A stretch of DNA of 64,000 bases from Rhodospirillales bacterium (GTDB lineage Bacteria > Pseudomonadota > Alphaproteobacteria > Bin95): contig JAYQLI010000035.1 of assembly GCA_038143065.1 (NCBI GenBank), positions 1,504,894-1,568,893 on the forward strand, written 5' to 3'. The translations under genes were made by a program, and so were the position numbers. Below, one piece after another: positions 39,942 through 51,865 of the stretch. The notes beneath the pieces were generated by a model that ran no database searches, was not told the origin of the DNA, and worked only from the letters and a program-made list of their open reading frames with translations. Position 1 is the stretch's first letter, and each line of letters opens with the position of its first letter.

Positions 39942-40496
39942 CTATCGATTGGCGCCTGGAACCCAAAGAACATCCTGACGACCACAGTCGTTAGCATCGC
40001 GCGCCATCTGGAACAGTAAATCTGATAGACGGTTGAGATATTTGAGCGCCGATGGATTTACTTCTTCAACAGTAGCTAATTCAGTTGCCACCCTCTCTGC
40101 TCGCCTGACTAATGCTCTTGCCATATGAAGGTTAGCAGCAAGAGGAGTTCCTCCAGGCAGTACAAAAGAGTTTAGGGGCTCTAAACGCGAGTTAATGATA
40201 TCGATTTCCTGCTCAAGCCTATCAACTTGGGAATCCGTAGCCCTTAAAGCACCATCTAAGCCCTCTGGAGTACTTAGATCGGCACCAACATCAAAAAGGT
40301 CATTTTGGATACGAGCAAGCAGCTCTTGCGTGTCTGAGATTGCATGCACACGCGCAACACCGATAGAGGAGTTTGCTTCGTCAACTGCTCCATTTGCTCT
40401 GATGCGGAGATCATATTTAGGCCTTCGCTCTCCGGTAGCCAGAGAAGTCATCCCCTTATCACCGCCGCGAGTGTAAATTTTTGTTAGTCGAACCAT
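39942..40496 (-). CDS. pduO: PduO-type ATP:cob(I)alamin adenosyltransferase
   Basis: KIYTRGGDKG, IQNDLFD, FVLPGG, RRAER, YLNRLSD. Confidence 0.94.
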   Translation of the reverse strand: MVRLTKIYTRGGDKGMTSLATGERRPKYDLRIRANGAVDEANSSIGVARVHAISDTQELLARIQNDLFDVGADLSTPEGLDGALRATDSQVDRLEQEIDIINSRLEPLNSFVLPGGTPLAANLHMARALVRRAERVATELATVEEVNPSALKYLNRLSDLLFQMARDANDCGRQDVLWVPGANR

Positions 40497-40715
40497 CTTA
40501 GTTTCCTTTGTCAGGCACCAAATTACAAAAATTTAGGCGTTGTATAAGTGATAACCCACCTCCTGATTTAGGCCGTAAGGGCCATTAAAGAAAGAGGGAT
40601 TTATATGCTGCGGCGTCCAGCAACCTGACTTGCAACTTGCAAACCTTTCGGAAGATCGTTACCCGATCAATACTAAACTAACATCCTGAATTGTTTCGGC
40701 CGGATATCCATAGAA

Positions 40716-41642
40716 GTGAACTCACACCTTCCAGAAAATGTGCCCGAAGTCATAAATCTTCTGCGAAAAGAGGGTTACATTGCTGACGAGAGCATTGCGA
40801 CTGCTATTTTCCTGTCCCTAAAGTTGGGACGTCCCCTCTTTCTCGAAGGTGAGGCTGGGGTAGGGAAAACAGAAGTAGCAAAAGTACTAGCATCAAGTCT
40901 GGGGCGGCAGTTAATCCGCCTCCAGTGCTACGAGGGCCTTGATATAGCATCTGCAGTTTACGAGTGGAATTATCAGGCCCAAATGATCCAAATTCGCCTA
41001 GCCGAGGCCGGCGGCAATTCAACTCAAAAAAATCTCGAACAAGATATTTTTTCTAAAAAATTTCTTATTGAGCGGCCAATCCTTCAAGCTTTGCGCCCCC
41101 AACCCGAAGGCCCGCCAATACTGCTTGTGGATGAACTAGATCGGGCTGATGAGCCATTCGAAGCATTTCTTCTTGAAGCATTGTCAGACTTCCAGATTTC
41201 TGTTCCTGAAATAGGAACTATCGCAGCGGATATACCTCCAATTGTAATCCTTACCTCTAACAGGACCCGTGAAATTCACGATGCTCTAAAGCGCAGATGC
41301 GTTTACCATTGGCTTGATTATCCAAGCGTAGAAAGAGAGCTGGAAATCCTCGCTGAGAAAGCACCCAACACCGCGGTAGAACTATCAACACAGATAGTCA
41401 ATTTCGTTCATAAGCTGAGAAGCTTGGACCTGTTTAAGGCTCCAGGCGTAGCAGAGACTATCGACTGGGCAGACGCATTGGTGCATCTGAATGCAGCTGA
41501 ATTAGATCCCACTGCTATCTCAAATAGCATAGGGGTTCTTTTAAAATATCAAGATGACATTCAAAAAATGTCTGGGACTGAGGCCAAACGCCTTCTCGAC
41601 GAAGTAAAAGCAGAACTAAACACCGCATCTTCCAATGTCTGA
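40716..41642 (+). CDS. coxD: MoxR-family AAA+ ATPase CoxD
   Basis: LEGEAGVGKT, RLQCYEG, LVDELDRAD, TSNRTREIHDALKRRC. Confidence 0.92.
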   Translation: MNSHLPENVPEVINLLRKEGYIADESIATAIFLSLKLGRPLFLEGEAGVGKTEVAKVLASSLGRQLIRLQCYEGLDIASAVYEWNYQAQMIQIRLAEAGGNSTQKNLEQDIFSKKFLIERPILQALRPQPEGPPILLVDELDRADEPFEAFLLEALSDFQISVPEIGTIAADIPPIVILTSNRTREIHDALKRRCVYHWLDYPSVERELEILAEKAPNTAVELSTQIVNFVHKLRSLDLFKAPGVAETIDWADALVHLNAAELDPTAISNSIGVLLKYQDDIQKMSGTEAKRLLDEVKAELNTASSNV

Positions 41643-42872
41643 ACAAAGCTTGAACGCTCCTCAGATTCAAGAAGGGCGTCTCCCTCAAGCAATAATACAT
41701 TTTGTTCGTATCCTTCGAAGGGCTGGCATGGCGCTGGGCCCTCGCATGCCCTTCTTGCAACTGAAGCTGCCACAGCGGTCGATATATCAGATAGAAAGCA
41801 GTTTTATTGGGCACTTCATGCAACACTAGTAAGTCGCCCAGACCAACGGGAAATCTTTGATCAGGCCTTTCAAATGTATTGGCGAAGTTCAAGTTTTTTA
41901 AACAAAGTGGTCCGGATAAAAATTCCCTTAAATGACCTATACACAAGCAAAGAAGAGCCCAAGCAAGAGGTTCCAAAACGCCTAGCCGAAGCCTTTTCTT
42001 CAAGTGATCATGAACTGAAAAATAACCCAAACGAATTTGGGTCAGATGATACCCATGTGAATTTGGCTTGGTCAGGGCAGGAAAAGTTAAAGAAAATTGA
42101 TTTCGAGGACATGTCAGCCGATGAGACTAAGGCGGCAAAACGCGCTATCGCTCGGCTAAGATTATCGTTTCCAGATTTTCCCTCTAGGCGCTTTAAGGTC
42201 AGTTCTAGAGGCCGCCTAATTGATATGCGCGCCACCCTACGTTTTCAGCTACGTAGCGGCCATGACGGCATTCATCTAGCCAAAAAAACAATAAGAAAAC
42301 GCCCTCCACGAATTGTAGCCATCTGCGACATCTCTGGATCTATGGCTCACTATTCTCGAATGCTGCTTCATTTTCTGCATGCCTTATCCAATGACAGAGA
42401 ACGCGTGTCGAGTTTTGTGTTTGGCACTCGCCTTACCAATATCACCAATCAGCTTAAAAACCGCGATGTGGATATAGCGCTCGACCAAGTGGCACGGTCA
42501 GTCGAAGATTGGGAGGGTGGCACCCGCATCGGTGAATGCTTAAATGATTTTAATCAAAAATGGTCTCGTCGTTTGTTGGGGCAAACTGCAATCGTATTGC
42601 TAATAACTGATGGCCTTGATCGTGAGGAAGGAAATACACTCCACAGTGCAATAGAAAGACTTGGAAAATCTTCTCGAAGACTTATCTGGTTAAATCCACT
42701 TTTGCGGTATGATGGTTTCGAACCCAAGGCGCGTGGGGTTAGAACAATTCTGCCTCATGTTGATGAGTTTCGCGCGACACACAACTTAGAAAGCCTGGAG
42801 GCGCTGGCTTCAGCCCTTAGCTCTCCTAAAACGAAAGGAAACAGGAAATGCCAGCAGACGCTTCCGAACTAA
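41635..42872 (+). CDS. coxE: VWA-domain protein CoxE; frameshift near 41739-41741
   Basis: CDISGSM MIDAS, FGTRLT, GGTRIG, TDGLD, WLNPL; adding one C joins the two ORFs through FYWALHATLV. Confidence 0.9.
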
Positions 42873-43209
42873 AAGGTGAAATCGGTCCAGCCGAATCCGA
42901 TGAGATAATTGCGAAGGCCATGTCGTGGCGGGACCAGGGCAAGGGTTTAGCAGTAGCAACAGTGGTATCAACTTGGGGGTCGAGCCCTCGTGGCATCGGC
43001 TCCCAACTAGTGGTTAATTCTGATGGCTCTTTCCTCGGATCTGTATCGGGTGGTTGCATTGAAGGTGCCGTAATTACCGAGGCACTCGATGCAATCTCGG
43101 ACGGGAAGCCTCGTCTACTAGATTTTGGGGTTAGTGACACACAGGCCTGGGAAGTAGGCCTTACTTGCGGCGGCAAAGTAGAAGTTTTGTGGAGCGGGTC
43201 GGCGAATGA
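42848..43209 (+). CDS. XdhC/CoxF N-terminal domain protein; frameshift at T run 43185-43188
   Basis: ATVVSTWGSSPR, GSVSGGCIE, VGLTCGG; adding one T ends the ORF EVFVERVGE* in an ATGA overlap with the next gene. Confidence 0.88.
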
Positions 43210-43907
43210 AGTCAGAAACCCTTGGAAAACTCGCTGAATACGCGAAAGCAAGAGAGGCGCACGCTCGCGTCGTTCGGATTTCCGATGGAAGCGAAACAGT
43301 CATTTTTGATGAGCAAGAAACTGGCAATCTAGATGCCCCTTCAACCATCATTGAGGCTGCCAAAGAAGCAATTCGTAAAGATAATTCAGCCCTAATAACT
43401 GATGGAGAAGAGCGCTATTTCATTCATGTGCACAACCCTCCACGCCGCATGGCTGTAATAGGAGCGGTACACATCACTCAGCCATTGACGCAAATGGCAT
43501 CACTCGCAGGATTCGATGTTACCGTGATTGATCCCCGAGGAGCATTTGCAACCGCGGAGCGTTTTCCTGGTGTTACGATGATGGATGACTGGCCGGACGA
43601 TGCGATGTCGAAAATCGCGCCAGACAGTCGGACGGCCGTTGTGACACTATCTCACGACCCGAAGATAGATGACCCAGCGCTCGCTGCCGCTCTTCGCTCC
43701 AAGGCATTTTACATTGGCGCACTGGGAGGTAGAAAATCACATGGAAAACGCCTCGATCGCTTAAAAGAACTGGGTTTTGACGATCAAACTCTTAAGCGGA
43801 TCAATGGACCTGTTGGTTTAGACCTTGGTGGACGAGCGCCAGCAGAAATTGCGTGCGCCATACTCGCGGAAGCCATACAGCACCTTTATAAAGAGCCAAA
43901 GGTATGA
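43206..43907 (+). CDS. XdhC C-terminal (Rossmann) domain protein
   Basis: IGAVHI, DPRGAFA, HDPKIDD, YIGALG, GPVGLDLG..PAEIA. Confidence 0.9.
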   Translation: MKSETLGKLAEYAKAREAHARVVRISDGSETVIFDEQETGNLDAPSTIIEAAKEAIRKDNSALITDGEERYFIHVHNPPRRMAVIGAVHITQPLTQMASLAGFDVTVIDPRGAFATAERFPGVTMMDDWPDDAMSKIAPDSRTAVVTLSHDPKIDDPALAAALRSKAFYIGALGGRKSHGKRLDRLKELGFDDQTLKRINGPVGLDLGGRAPAEIACAILAEAIQHLYKEPKV

Positions 43908-45535
43908 AATTTGGTCCCTGTCCAGCTTCGGACGCGGCTGGGGCCTATCTTGCCCATTCCGTAAAAGTAAGTGGACGTGTGTTCAAAAAGGGCAGACTTT
44001 TAACGACAGAAGACAGTGCGAGACTGAGTGACAGTGGGATCGATACCGTCATTGTTGCCACGCTTGAAGAAAATGATGTGCATGAGGATGATGCAGCGCG
44101 ACGCCTTTCGGAGGCCTTGCTTGGCCCTGGGTTAAAGACAAGCGCTGCTTTCACTGGAAGAGTTAATCTTTTCGCCTCCAAACCCGGTGTCGTTGTGGTC
44201 GATAAAAAGAAGATCGACCAAATAAATAGAGTTCATGAAAGTATTACCGTCGCAACTCTTCCAGAATACGAAGCAGTGGATGCTCGCCAAATGGCAGCAA
44301 CAGTTAAGATTATTCCATTTGCTGCACCAGAGAGTGCTGTCATTGAGGCGGAGGAGCTTGCCAAAAAAGGCAGTGCTGCAATTCAAGTTGCGCCTTACAC
44401 CCACAAAACAGCCGTTTTGATCCAGTCCACTCTAGCAACAATCAAAACGAGCGTTCTGAATAAAACAGTAGATATCACTGCAGCCCGACTTGAAGACACG
44501 GGCTGCACTTTAATACGGGAAATTCGATGTAACCATAATGCGGAAGCAATCTCAGCTGCCATTAAGGAAGCTGGTGAACATAAACCAGACATCTTCCTGA
44601 TAGCTGGTGCATCAGCAATTTGTGATCGGTCAGATGCTCTTCCCAAAGGAATCGAACTCGCTGGAGGCGAAATTCAACACTTTGGAATGCCTGTGGACCC
44701 TGGAAATTTAATTCTCTTTGCCACACTTACAGAGAAGCTGGTGATAGGTTTGCCGGGATGCGCTCGCTCTCCTAAGTTGAATGGCTTTGATTGGGTATTG
44801 CAGCGCTTTGCAGCTAACATTCCCCTGAAGCCTGATGACGTTAAGGGAATGGGAGTCGGTGGACTACTAGCCGAGATTAGCGCCCGACCCTTGCCGCGTG
44901 AACAGGCAACCAAAAGAGGGCAAGTTAAACCTCAGGCCCCTAAAGTGGCAGCAGTGGTTCTGGCAGCTGGTCAGTCCCGCCGAATGGGCTCGGCAAACAA
45001 GCTACTAGAGGTTGTTGATGGAAAACCTATGGTGGTTCATGCTGTGGAAGCAGCGCTTGCCGCAGATACTATTTCTGTAACTGTTGTCGTGGGCCACCAA
45101 TCAGACGAAGTAAAAAAAGTACTTTTAAACAAAGACGTTAGCTTTGTTGAAAACCCCGACTACGATGAAGGTCTATCTACATCCCTTCGCGCTGCAGCAA
45201 AAAATTTAAATGGGCAAGCAGACGCATTAGTAGTCCTACTTGGGGATATGCCTCAGGTGAATGCCTCACATATTGACCAACTAATTGCTGGCTTTAATCC
45301 CACAGAAGGGCGCTCCATATGCGTTCCAACACATGAGGGGAAAAGAGGCAATCCAGTTCTTTGGGCCAGCTCTTTTGTAAAACAGATGGCCGACCTCCGT
45401 GGTGATGTGGGAGCAAAACATCTCATTGGACAAAATGAAGAATCAGTCTCGGAAATAGAGATGTCAGACCCTGCTATTCTGAGGGATATTGATACGCCAG
45501 AAGCCCTCAAAGCCATCCGTTCGGAAGCTATTTAA
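43904..45535 (+). CDS. mocA: Molybdopterin-binding domain fused to MocA-type molybdenum cofactor cytidylyltransferase
   Basis: GMPVDPGNL, PGCARSP; C-terminal VLAAGQSRRMG.ANKLL, LGDMP, GNPV, GDVGA, DIDTPE. Confidence 0.88.
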   Translation: MKFGPCPASDAAGAYLAHSVKVSGRVFKKGRLLTTEDSARLSDSGIDTVIVATLEENDVHEDDAARRLSEALLGPGLKTSAAFTGRVNLFASKPGVVVVDKKKIDQINRVHESITVATLPEYEAVDARQMAATVKIIPFAAPESAVIEAEELAKKGSAAIQVAPYTHKTAVLIQSTLATIKTSVLNKTVDITAARLEDTGCTLIREIRCNHNAEAISAAIKEAGEHKPDIFLIAGASAICDRSDALPKGIELAGGEIQHFGMPVDPGNLILFATLTEKLVIGLPGCARSPKLNGFDWVLQRFAANIPLKPDDVKGMGVGGLLAEISARPLPREQATKRGQVKPQAPKVAAVVLAAGQSRRMGSANKLLEVVDGKPMVVHAVEAALAADTISVTVVVGHQSDEVKKVLLNKDVSFVENPDYDEGLSTSLRAAAKNLNGQADALVVLLGDMPQVNASHIDQLIAGFNPTEGRSICVPTHEGKRGNPVLWASSFVKQMADLRGDVGAKHLIGQNEESVSEIEMSDPAILRDIDTPEALKAIRSEAI

Positions 45536-45630
45536 ACTGCAAACTGCACTTTCTTAGATCAAAGGGACTTCCAAGCGAGTGCAGAATGCTATAGAAGGCC
45601 GCCTTCGGGCAGAACTTTTGTGCTGTTCGG

Positions 45631-45716
45631 GCGGGCGTGGCGGAATTGGTAGACGCGCCAGATTTAGGTTCTGGTGGCCATCGGCCGTGGGGGTTCAAGT
45701 CCCTTCGCCCGCACCA
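45631..45716 (+). tRNA. tRNA-Leu (anticodon TAG), long variable arm, encoded CCA
   Basis: GCGGGCG/CGCCCGC acceptor stem, CCAGA-TTTAGGT-TCTGG anticodon arm, GGTTCAAGTCC T loop; usual position before tig. Confidence 0.96.
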
Positions 45717-45755
45717 TTTTTGTAAGTTTCACTTAAGACGGCGGACGCGAGTAAA

Positions 45756-47099
45756 ATGCAGGTTACGGAGACGCTTTCCGAAGGTTTGAAGCGCGAGTTT
45801 CAAATGGTTATCTCGGCAGGAGAGATTGATTCAGCAGTTGAAGAACGACTTGTTGAGATGGCACCGCAGGTCAACCTGCACGGCTTCCGCCCAGGTAAAG
45901 CTCCAGTAAAAATTCTTCGTCAACGGTTTGGTAAGGCCGTTTTAGGAGAAGCCATCGACAAAATTGTGCGCGAAGGCATGGCATCCGCATTCGACGACCG
46001 CAGTTTAACTCCAGCTTTCGAACCTGAGTTAGATTTTGGGGAATACAAGGATGGGGAAGACCTTTCCTTCACCGTTAAGTCAGAAATTCTCCCTGAAATT
46101 AAACCAATGGACTTTTCATCGCTTGAATTAGTCCAGCTCGAGGTTCCAGCAAAAGACGAAGACGTCCAATCAGAACTAGAGCGCTTTGCAGAAGCTATGC
46201 GCGAAACAACTGATGTCGAAGAAACTCGCCCAGCTGAAAGTGGCGATGTAGTCGTTATTGATTTTGTAGGGAAAGTCGACGGAGAAGAGTTCGCCGGAGG
46301 TTCAGCGGAAGGCTATCACTTAGAGCTTGGAGCTGGTGCCTTTATTCCAGGCTTTGAAGACCAGCTGATCGGGGTATCGCCAGGAGAAGACAAAGACGTC
46401 AATGTTAAATTCCCTGATGACTATGGTGCAGAAAATTTAGCCGGAAAGGATGCGGTCTTCGCCGTTAAATTGACCGGACTCAAAGCTAAAACTGAAGCTA
46501 AGCTTGACGATGAATTGGCTAAAAAGGTCGGTATGGATGATTTAGCTGCTCTAAAGGCTCAAATCGCCGAACGCATCACAGGAAGCTATAGCCAGGCAGC
46601 AAGAGCCCGGATGAAGCAAGAGCTTTTTGATAAATTAGACGAAGCGCACGAATTTGAATCACCTCCCACATTAGTCGAGCGTGAATTCGAACAAATCTGG
46701 GCCGAGGTTAAGCAGCAGCTCGAAGGTGATAACGCTGACGAAGTCCGCGAGGGTAAGTCAGATGAAGAACTAGAGGCAGATTACCGAAAAGTGGCCACCC
46801 GCCGAGTTCGCCTCGGATTACTATTAGCTGAAATTGGTAAGCAGAATAGCATTGAAATAACTGAACAAGATATTGGCCAAGCGATCCGCGCACAGGCTGC
46901 TAATTTCCCTGGCCAAGAACAAATGGTTTACGAGTATTACCAGAAAAATCCGCAAGCGCTTGGACAAGTGCAAGCACCTATTCTCGAAGATAAGGTGGTG
47001 GACTTTATTCTGGAGCTTGCGAAAGTTGAGAAGCGCTCAGCAACACCAGAAGAACTTATGGAGACTGCTGGAGACAAAGAGAAGTCAGAGGAAGCTTGA
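45756..47099 (+). CDS. tig: Trigger factor
   Basis: GFRPGKAP, FKBP domain FIPGFEDQL, RRVRLGLLL. Confidence 0.97.
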   Translation: MQVTETLSEGLKREFQMVISAGEIDSAVEERLVEMAPQVNLHGFRPGKAPVKILRQRFGKAVLGEAIDKIVREGMASAFDDRSLTPAFEPELDFGEYKDGEDLSFTVKSEILPEIKPMDFSSLELVQLEVPAKDEDVQSELERFAEAMRETTDVEETRPAESGDVVVIDFVGKVDGEEFAGGSAEGYHLELGAGAFIPGFEDQLIGVSPGEDKDVNVKFPDDYGAENLAGKDAVFAVKLTGLKAKTEAKLDDELAKKVGMDDLAALKAQIAERITGSYSQAARARMKQELFDKLDEAHEFESPPTLVEREFEQIWAEVKQQLEGDNADEVREGKSDEELEADYRKVATRRVRLGLLLAEIGKQNSIEITEQDIGQAIRAQAANFPGQEQMVYEYYQKNPQALGQVQAPILEDKVVDFILELAKVEKRSATPEELMETAGDKEKSEEA

Positions 47100-47186
47100 C
47101 CTTCGTCATTTCAGCGCCAACTCTTTGAGTAGTTAACAGCCGTGGGTGATCCATCGCCTACGAACAGCACACCGAAAGAGCCCGTA

Positions 47187-47843
47187 ATGACTTCTTTTGA
47201 CCCTTTCCGCCGCCCTACCTCTGCAGGTGATACCACCATGAATGCTTTGGTTCCGATGGTTGTAGAACAATCAAATCGAGGTGAGCGCGCCTACGACATT
47301 TACTCGCGCCTCCTCAAAGAACGGATTATTTTCCTCACAGGGCCCGTTTACGACGAAGTCTCTTCGCTGATTTGCGCCCAGCTATTGTTCTTAGAAGCCG
47401 AAAACCCTGACAAAGAGGTTAGTTTCTATATCAACTCGCCAGGTGGTGTTGTCACAGCAGGCTTAGCTATCTACGACACCATGCAATACATCCGTGCTCC
47501 TGTTGCAACGCTCTGCATTGGTCAAGCGGCATCAATGGGGTCACTGCTGATGGCAGCAGGTGCTCCAGGTAAGCGTTTTTGTTTACCTAATTCCCGCATA
47601 ATGGTGCATCAACCATCAGGCGGCTTCCAGGGCCAGGCAACAGACATAGAAATTCACGCTCGTGAAATTCTAAGCCTACGACAAAGGCTTAACGAAATTT
47701 ACGTCAAACACTGTGGGCAAGACCTCAAGACCGTAGAGGATGCACTTGAGCGAGATCGCTTCATGTCTGCCGAAGAGGCAAAAGACTTTGGTATTGTCGA
47801 TGAAGTGGTACAAGAGCGTCCAGCAGCTGCGGCGGAAGACTAG
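47187..47843 (+). CDS. clpP: Clp protease proteolytic subunit (start 47187 or 47238)
   Basis: [30 protein letters not shown]. Confidence 0.97.
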   Translation: MTSFDPFRRPTSAGDTTMNALVPMVVEQSNRGERAYDIYSRLLKERIIFLTGPVYDEVSSLICAQLLFLEAENPDKEVSFYINSPGGVVTAGLAIYDTMQYIRAPVATLCIGQAASMGSLLMAAGAPGKRFCLPNSRIMVHQPSGGFQGQATDIEIHAREILSLRQRLNEIYVKHCGQDLKTVEDALERDRFMSAEEAKDFGIVDEVVQERPAAAAED

Positions 47844-47966
47844 GAACCCATCTAATTTGGTGCTTCATTCAATTGAGTGACTAAAAAACGTCCCCATGAC
47901 GTTTTACAGAGGCTCGCCAAGAGTTTAAGCTGCTAAGGCGACGCTCCGTTGCAGATAGGAAAGCGT

Positions 47967-49244
47967 ATGAGCAAGAATTCTAGCTCCGACTCAAAAAACA
48001 CGCTTTATTGCTCTTTTTGCGGAAAAAGCCAGCACGAAGTGCGAAAGCTAATAGCAGGACCAACCGTATTCATTTGTGATGAATGCGTAGAGCTCTGCAT
48101 GGATATCATCCGAGAAGAGCATAAAAGTAGTCTAGTTAAATCCAGTGATGGTGTGCCAACACCTCAAGAGATCTGCAGTGTTTTGAATGACTACGTGATT
48201 GGTCAGGACCGCGCAAAACGAGTTCTTTCGGTAGCCGTTCACAATCACTACAAACGCCTGAACCACGGCGCTAAATCTGGCGATGTTGAAATCGCAAAGT
48301 CGAATTTATTACTCATAGGTCCCACAGGATCGGGCAAAACACTTTTAGCTCAAACACTCGCACGTATCCTCGACGTTCCGTTCACAATGGCTGACGCTAC
48401 AACTCTCACCGAGGCTGGTTACGTTGGTGAGGACGTGGAAAACATCATTCTCCGTCTCCTCCAGTCAGCAGATTACAATGTCGAACGAGCTCAACGCGGG
48501 ATCGTATATATCGACGAAGTGGACAAAATCAGCCGTAAATCCGACAATCCCTCAATCACGAGGGACGTATCTGGCGAAGGCGTACAGCAAGCACTGTTAA
48601 AGATTATGGAAGGTACAATTGCATCTGTGCCGCCCCAGGGCGGGCGCAAGCACCCACAGCAAGAGTTTCTCCAAGTTGACACAACAAATATTCTTTTCAT
48701 CGTTGGCGGCGCGTTTGCAGGCTTAGAAAAGATAATTTCTGGCCGTGGAAAAGGCACAGCGATCGGCTTTGGGGCAGATGTTCGTTCGCCTGACGCCCGT
48801 CGCCAGGGCGATGTTTTGGCTGAAGTTGAGCCAGAGGACCTATTGCGCTTTGGTTTAATTCCAGAATTTGTGGGTCGTCTCCCCGTGATAGCCACGCTAG
48901 GCGACCTTGATGAGGAGGCCCTCATTGAAATCCTTACTAAGCCAAAGAATGCTTTGATAAAGCAGTATCAGCGCCTCTTTGATATGGAAGATGTGAAGCT
49001 TACCTTCACAGAAGATGCCCTAGAAGCGGTAGCTGAAAAAGCCATAGCTCGGAAAACGGGGGCTCGTGGACTTCGCTCCATCATGGAAGAAATTCTTTTG
49101 GAATCCATGTTTGATTTACCGAGCATGGACGGCGTAGATGAAGCAATCGTTAATCGAGAAGTTGTCGAGGGACGAGCGCAGCCGCTTTATGCGTATGCGG
49201 ATAAAAACGACGATTCTTCAGCTGCCCCGGAAATGGCATCTTAG
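47967..49244 (+). CDS. clpX: ClpX ATPase
   Basis: CSFCGK zinc finger, [18 protein letters not shown] loop. Confidence 0.98.
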   Translation: MSKNSSSDSKNTLYCSFCGKSQHEVRKLIAGPTVFICDECVELCMDIIREEHKSSLVKSSDGVPTPQEICSVLNDYVIGQDRAKRVLSVAVHNHYKRLNHGAKSGDVEIAKSNLLLIGPTGSGKTLLAQTLARILDVPFTMADATTLTEAGYVGEDVENIILRLLQSADYNVERAQRGIVYIDEVDKISRKSDNPSITRDVSGEGVQQALLKIMEGTIASVPPQGGRKHPQQEFLQVDTTNILFIVGGAFAGLEKIISGRGKGTAIGFGADVRSPDARRQGDVLAEVEPEDLLRFGLIPEFVGRLPVIATLGDLDEEALIEILTKPKNALIKQYQRLFDMEDVKLTFTEDALEAVAEKAIARKTGARGLRSIMEEILLESMFDLPSMDGVDEAIVNREVVEGRAQPLYAYADKNDDSSAAPEMAS

Positions 49245-49330
49245 GCCACCGACTCGAGGCGTAGCCTTGATTAATTTTTTGGTGCTGCCGGATTACGCTG
49301 GAAAACAAACGAACAAGAGCATTTTAACCT

Positions 49331-49360
49331 CTTGAATTTGTCCGTTCGGACGCCAATTCT
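49331..49360 (+). promoter_or_regulatory. Probable RpoH promoter for lon
   Basis: CTTGAA-N16-CCAATTC resembles the CTTGAA-N16-CCTATAT consensus; lon is a usual RpoH target. Confidence 0.45.
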
Positions 49361-49426
49361 ATTTGTATAGAAATTAGAGTCGACGTTCCGTCTTCTCGTT
49401 CCGATGAATTTGGAGAACACCTGATT

Positions 49427-51829
49427 ATGACAAGCACGAATACTTTTCCCGTGCTCCCACTTCGGGACATTGTGGTGTTCCCTCATATGATCGTTCCCTT
49501 ATTTGTAGGCCGGGAAAAATCCGTTCGCGCTCTAGAAGAAGTGACCAACGGCGACGGTCGCATTCTCCTAGCAGCTCAGCATGATGCAGGCGTTGATGAC
49601 CCCGGGCCCGATGATATTTTTCCTGTCGGTACCGTTGGGTCGATTTTACAACTACTGAAGTTACCTGATGGCACTGTTAAGGTTCTCGTTGAGGGCGGGG
49701 AACGTGCCAAGATCACGGCTTTTACTGAGCAATCTGAGTTCGTTGAAGCGGAAGCTGATATTCTGTCCGACAATGAAACGGGAACCCCGGAGCTAAAAGC
49801 GTTAGCTCGCACTGTAGTTGCTCAGTTTGAAAGCTACGTGAAGTTAAACAAAAAGATCCCTCCAGAGGTGCTGGTTTCAGTAAATCAGATAGAAGAACCA
49901 TCGAAACTTGCTGATACAATCGCAGCCCACCTAGCCCTGAAAATTCCAGAAAAACAGCAGCTTCTTGAGACAGAAGACGTTAAAGATCGGCTTGAACGGG
50001 TATTTGCGTTTATGGAAGGCGAAATCGACGTCCTTGAAGTTGAAAAACGCATTCGTGGCCGGGTTAAGCGGCAGATGGAGCGCAGTCAGCGAGAGTACTA
50101 TCTCAACGAACAAATGAAGGCGATCCAGCGCGAGCTTGGTGACGGTGAAGATGGAAAAGATGAGACACAAGAGCTTGAAGAGCGGCTACAAAAAATAAAG
50201 CTTTCCAAGGAAGCCAAGGAGAAAGTTGGGGCTGAGCTTAAGAAGCTTCGCAACATGGCTCCTATGTCCGCAGAGGCTACAGTTGTTCGTAACTACTTAG
50301 ACTGGATTGCTTCCATACCGTGGAAGAAGCCTTCTCGGGTTAAGAAAGACCTAAACGGTGCCGAGGCCGTACTTAACGAAGATCATTTTGGTCTAGATAA
50401 GGTCAAAGAACGGATCCTTGAAGATCTCGCCGTTCAAACGCGCACTAAAAAGGTGAAAGGTCCAATCCTTTGCCTCGTAGGCCCTCCAGGTGTTGGAAAG
50501 ACATCTCTTGGTCGCTCAATTGCCAGAGCAACGGGACGTCAATTCGTTAGAATGTCACTCGGCGGTGTTCGAGATGAAGCGGAGGTGCGAGGCCACAGAC
50601 GAACTTACATCGGTTCAATGCCTGGGAAAATCATCCAGGGCATGAAAAAAGCAAAATCGTCAAATCCACTCTTCCTTCTAGATGAGATAGATAAGCTTGG
50701 CGCTGATTGGCGCGGCGATCCATCATCAGCTTTGCTCGAGGTTCTTGACCCCGAGCAGAACAGCACTTTCGCTGACCATTACTTAGAAGTCGATTACGAT
50801 CTATCTGATGTGATGTTTGTAACAACCTCTAACTCTTTGAACATGCCTCAGCCACTTCTCGATCGTATGGAGATCATTCGTATCCCTGGCTACACTGAGG
50901 ATGAGAAGATTGAGATCGCAAAGAGGCATTTGATTGAAAAACAAATAAAGAATAATGGTCTTAAAAAAGGAGAGTGGTCTATCACAGACGATGCCCTCCG
51001 AGACTTAGTACGCTTCTACACACGCGAAGCAGGCGTGAGAAACTTAGAGCGCGAAATTGCGAATTTAACTCGCAAAGCTGTTCGAGAAATCGTAGCCGAA
51101 AATAAGAAAAGCATCCGCGTTACAAAACGCAACCTTGATAAATACGCCGGGATCAAAAAGTTCCGCTTTGGCAAAGCCGAGAACGAGGATCTAGTTGGCG
51201 TAGTCACAGGCCTTGCGTGGACGGAAGTTGGTGGTGAACTACTAACAATCGAAGCCGTTGTCATGCCAGGCAAAGGCAACGTCGCAAACACCGGCAAACT
51301 GGGCGATGTAATGCAAGAATCTGTGCAGGCCGCACGCAGTTTTCTGCGTTCCCGCCTGCTTCGGTATGGCATCAAACCATCGGACTTCAATAAGCGTGAC
51401 ATCCACGTTCACGTGCCAGAGGGCGCAACTCCTAAGGATGGGCCGTCTGCTGGCGTAGCGATGTGCACGTCGATTATTTCAGCGCTTTCCGGGATCCCCA
51501 TCAGAGCAGACGTAGCAATGACCGGAGAAATTACCCTTCGTGGGCGTGTGCTTCCAATCGGTGGATTGAAAGAAAAACTTCTGGCCGCGCTTCGTGGAGG
51601 CATCAAAACCGTTCTAATACCGAAAGATAACGAGAAAGACCTCGCTGACATCCCTGAAAATGTCAAAAAGGAACTAGAGATTATTCCGGTAGAAACCGTG
51701 GATGAGGTTCTAAAACGTGCCCTAACTCGCTTACCGGTGCCCATAGAGTGGACTGAAGAAGATGAAGCGGCAGAAGCAGAAGCATTATTAAAAGCGAGGA
51801 AAGACGCTTCAGAAATCGTAGCGCACTAA
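49427..51829 (+). CDS. lon: Lon protease
   Basis: [22 protein letters not shown] catalytic Ser, GGLKEK. Confidence 0.98.
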   Translation: MTSTNTFPVLPLRDIVVFPHMIVPLFVGREKSVRALEEVTNGDGRILLAAQHDAGVDDPGPDDIFPVGTVGSILQLLKLPDGTVKVLVEGGERAKITAFTEQSEFVEAEADILSDNETGTPELKALARTVVAQFESYVKLNKKIPPEVLVSVNQIEEPSKLADTIAAHLALKIPEKQQLLETEDVKDRLERVFAFMEGEIDVLEVEKRIRGRVKRQMERSQREYYLNEQMKAIQRELGDGEDGKDETQELEERLQKIKLSKEAKEKVGAELKKLRNMAPMSAEATVVRNYLDWIASIPWKKPSRVKKDLNGAEAVLNEDHFGLDKVKERILEDLAVQTRTKKVKGPILCLVGPPGVGKTSLGRSIARATGRQFVRMSLGGVRDEAEVRGHRRTYIGSMPGKIIQGMKKAKSSNPLFLLDEIDKLGADWRGDPSSALLEVLDPEQNSTFADHYLEVDYDLSDVMFVTTSNSLNMPQPLLDRMEIIRIPGYTEDEKIEIAKRHLIEKQIKNNGLKKGEWSITDDALRDLVRFYTREAGVRNLEREIANLTRKAVREIVAENKKSIRVTKRNLDKYAGIKKFRFGKAENEDLVGVVTGLAWTEVGGELLTIEAVVMPGKGNVANTGKLGDVMQESVQAARSFLRSRLLRYGIKPSDFNKRDIHVHVPEGATPKDGPSAGVAMCTSIISALSGIPIRADVAMTGEITLRGRVLPIGGLKEKLLAALRGGIKTVLIPKDNEKDLADIPENVKKELEIIPVETVDEVLKRALTRLPVPIEWTEEDEAAEAEALLKARKDASEIVAH

Positions 51830-51865
51830 AAATAGTCTGCTTCCAGATCGTTATAATAATGATTT

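Noticed and set aside
42848-43907. Split xdhC as an error-broken single gene
   Set aside because: After the one-base fix the first ORF ends in an ATGA overlap, matching the natural two-gene form
45631-45755. tRNA-Leu as an island integration site
   Set aside because: tig follows directly; no duplicated tRNA 3' end or integrase seen
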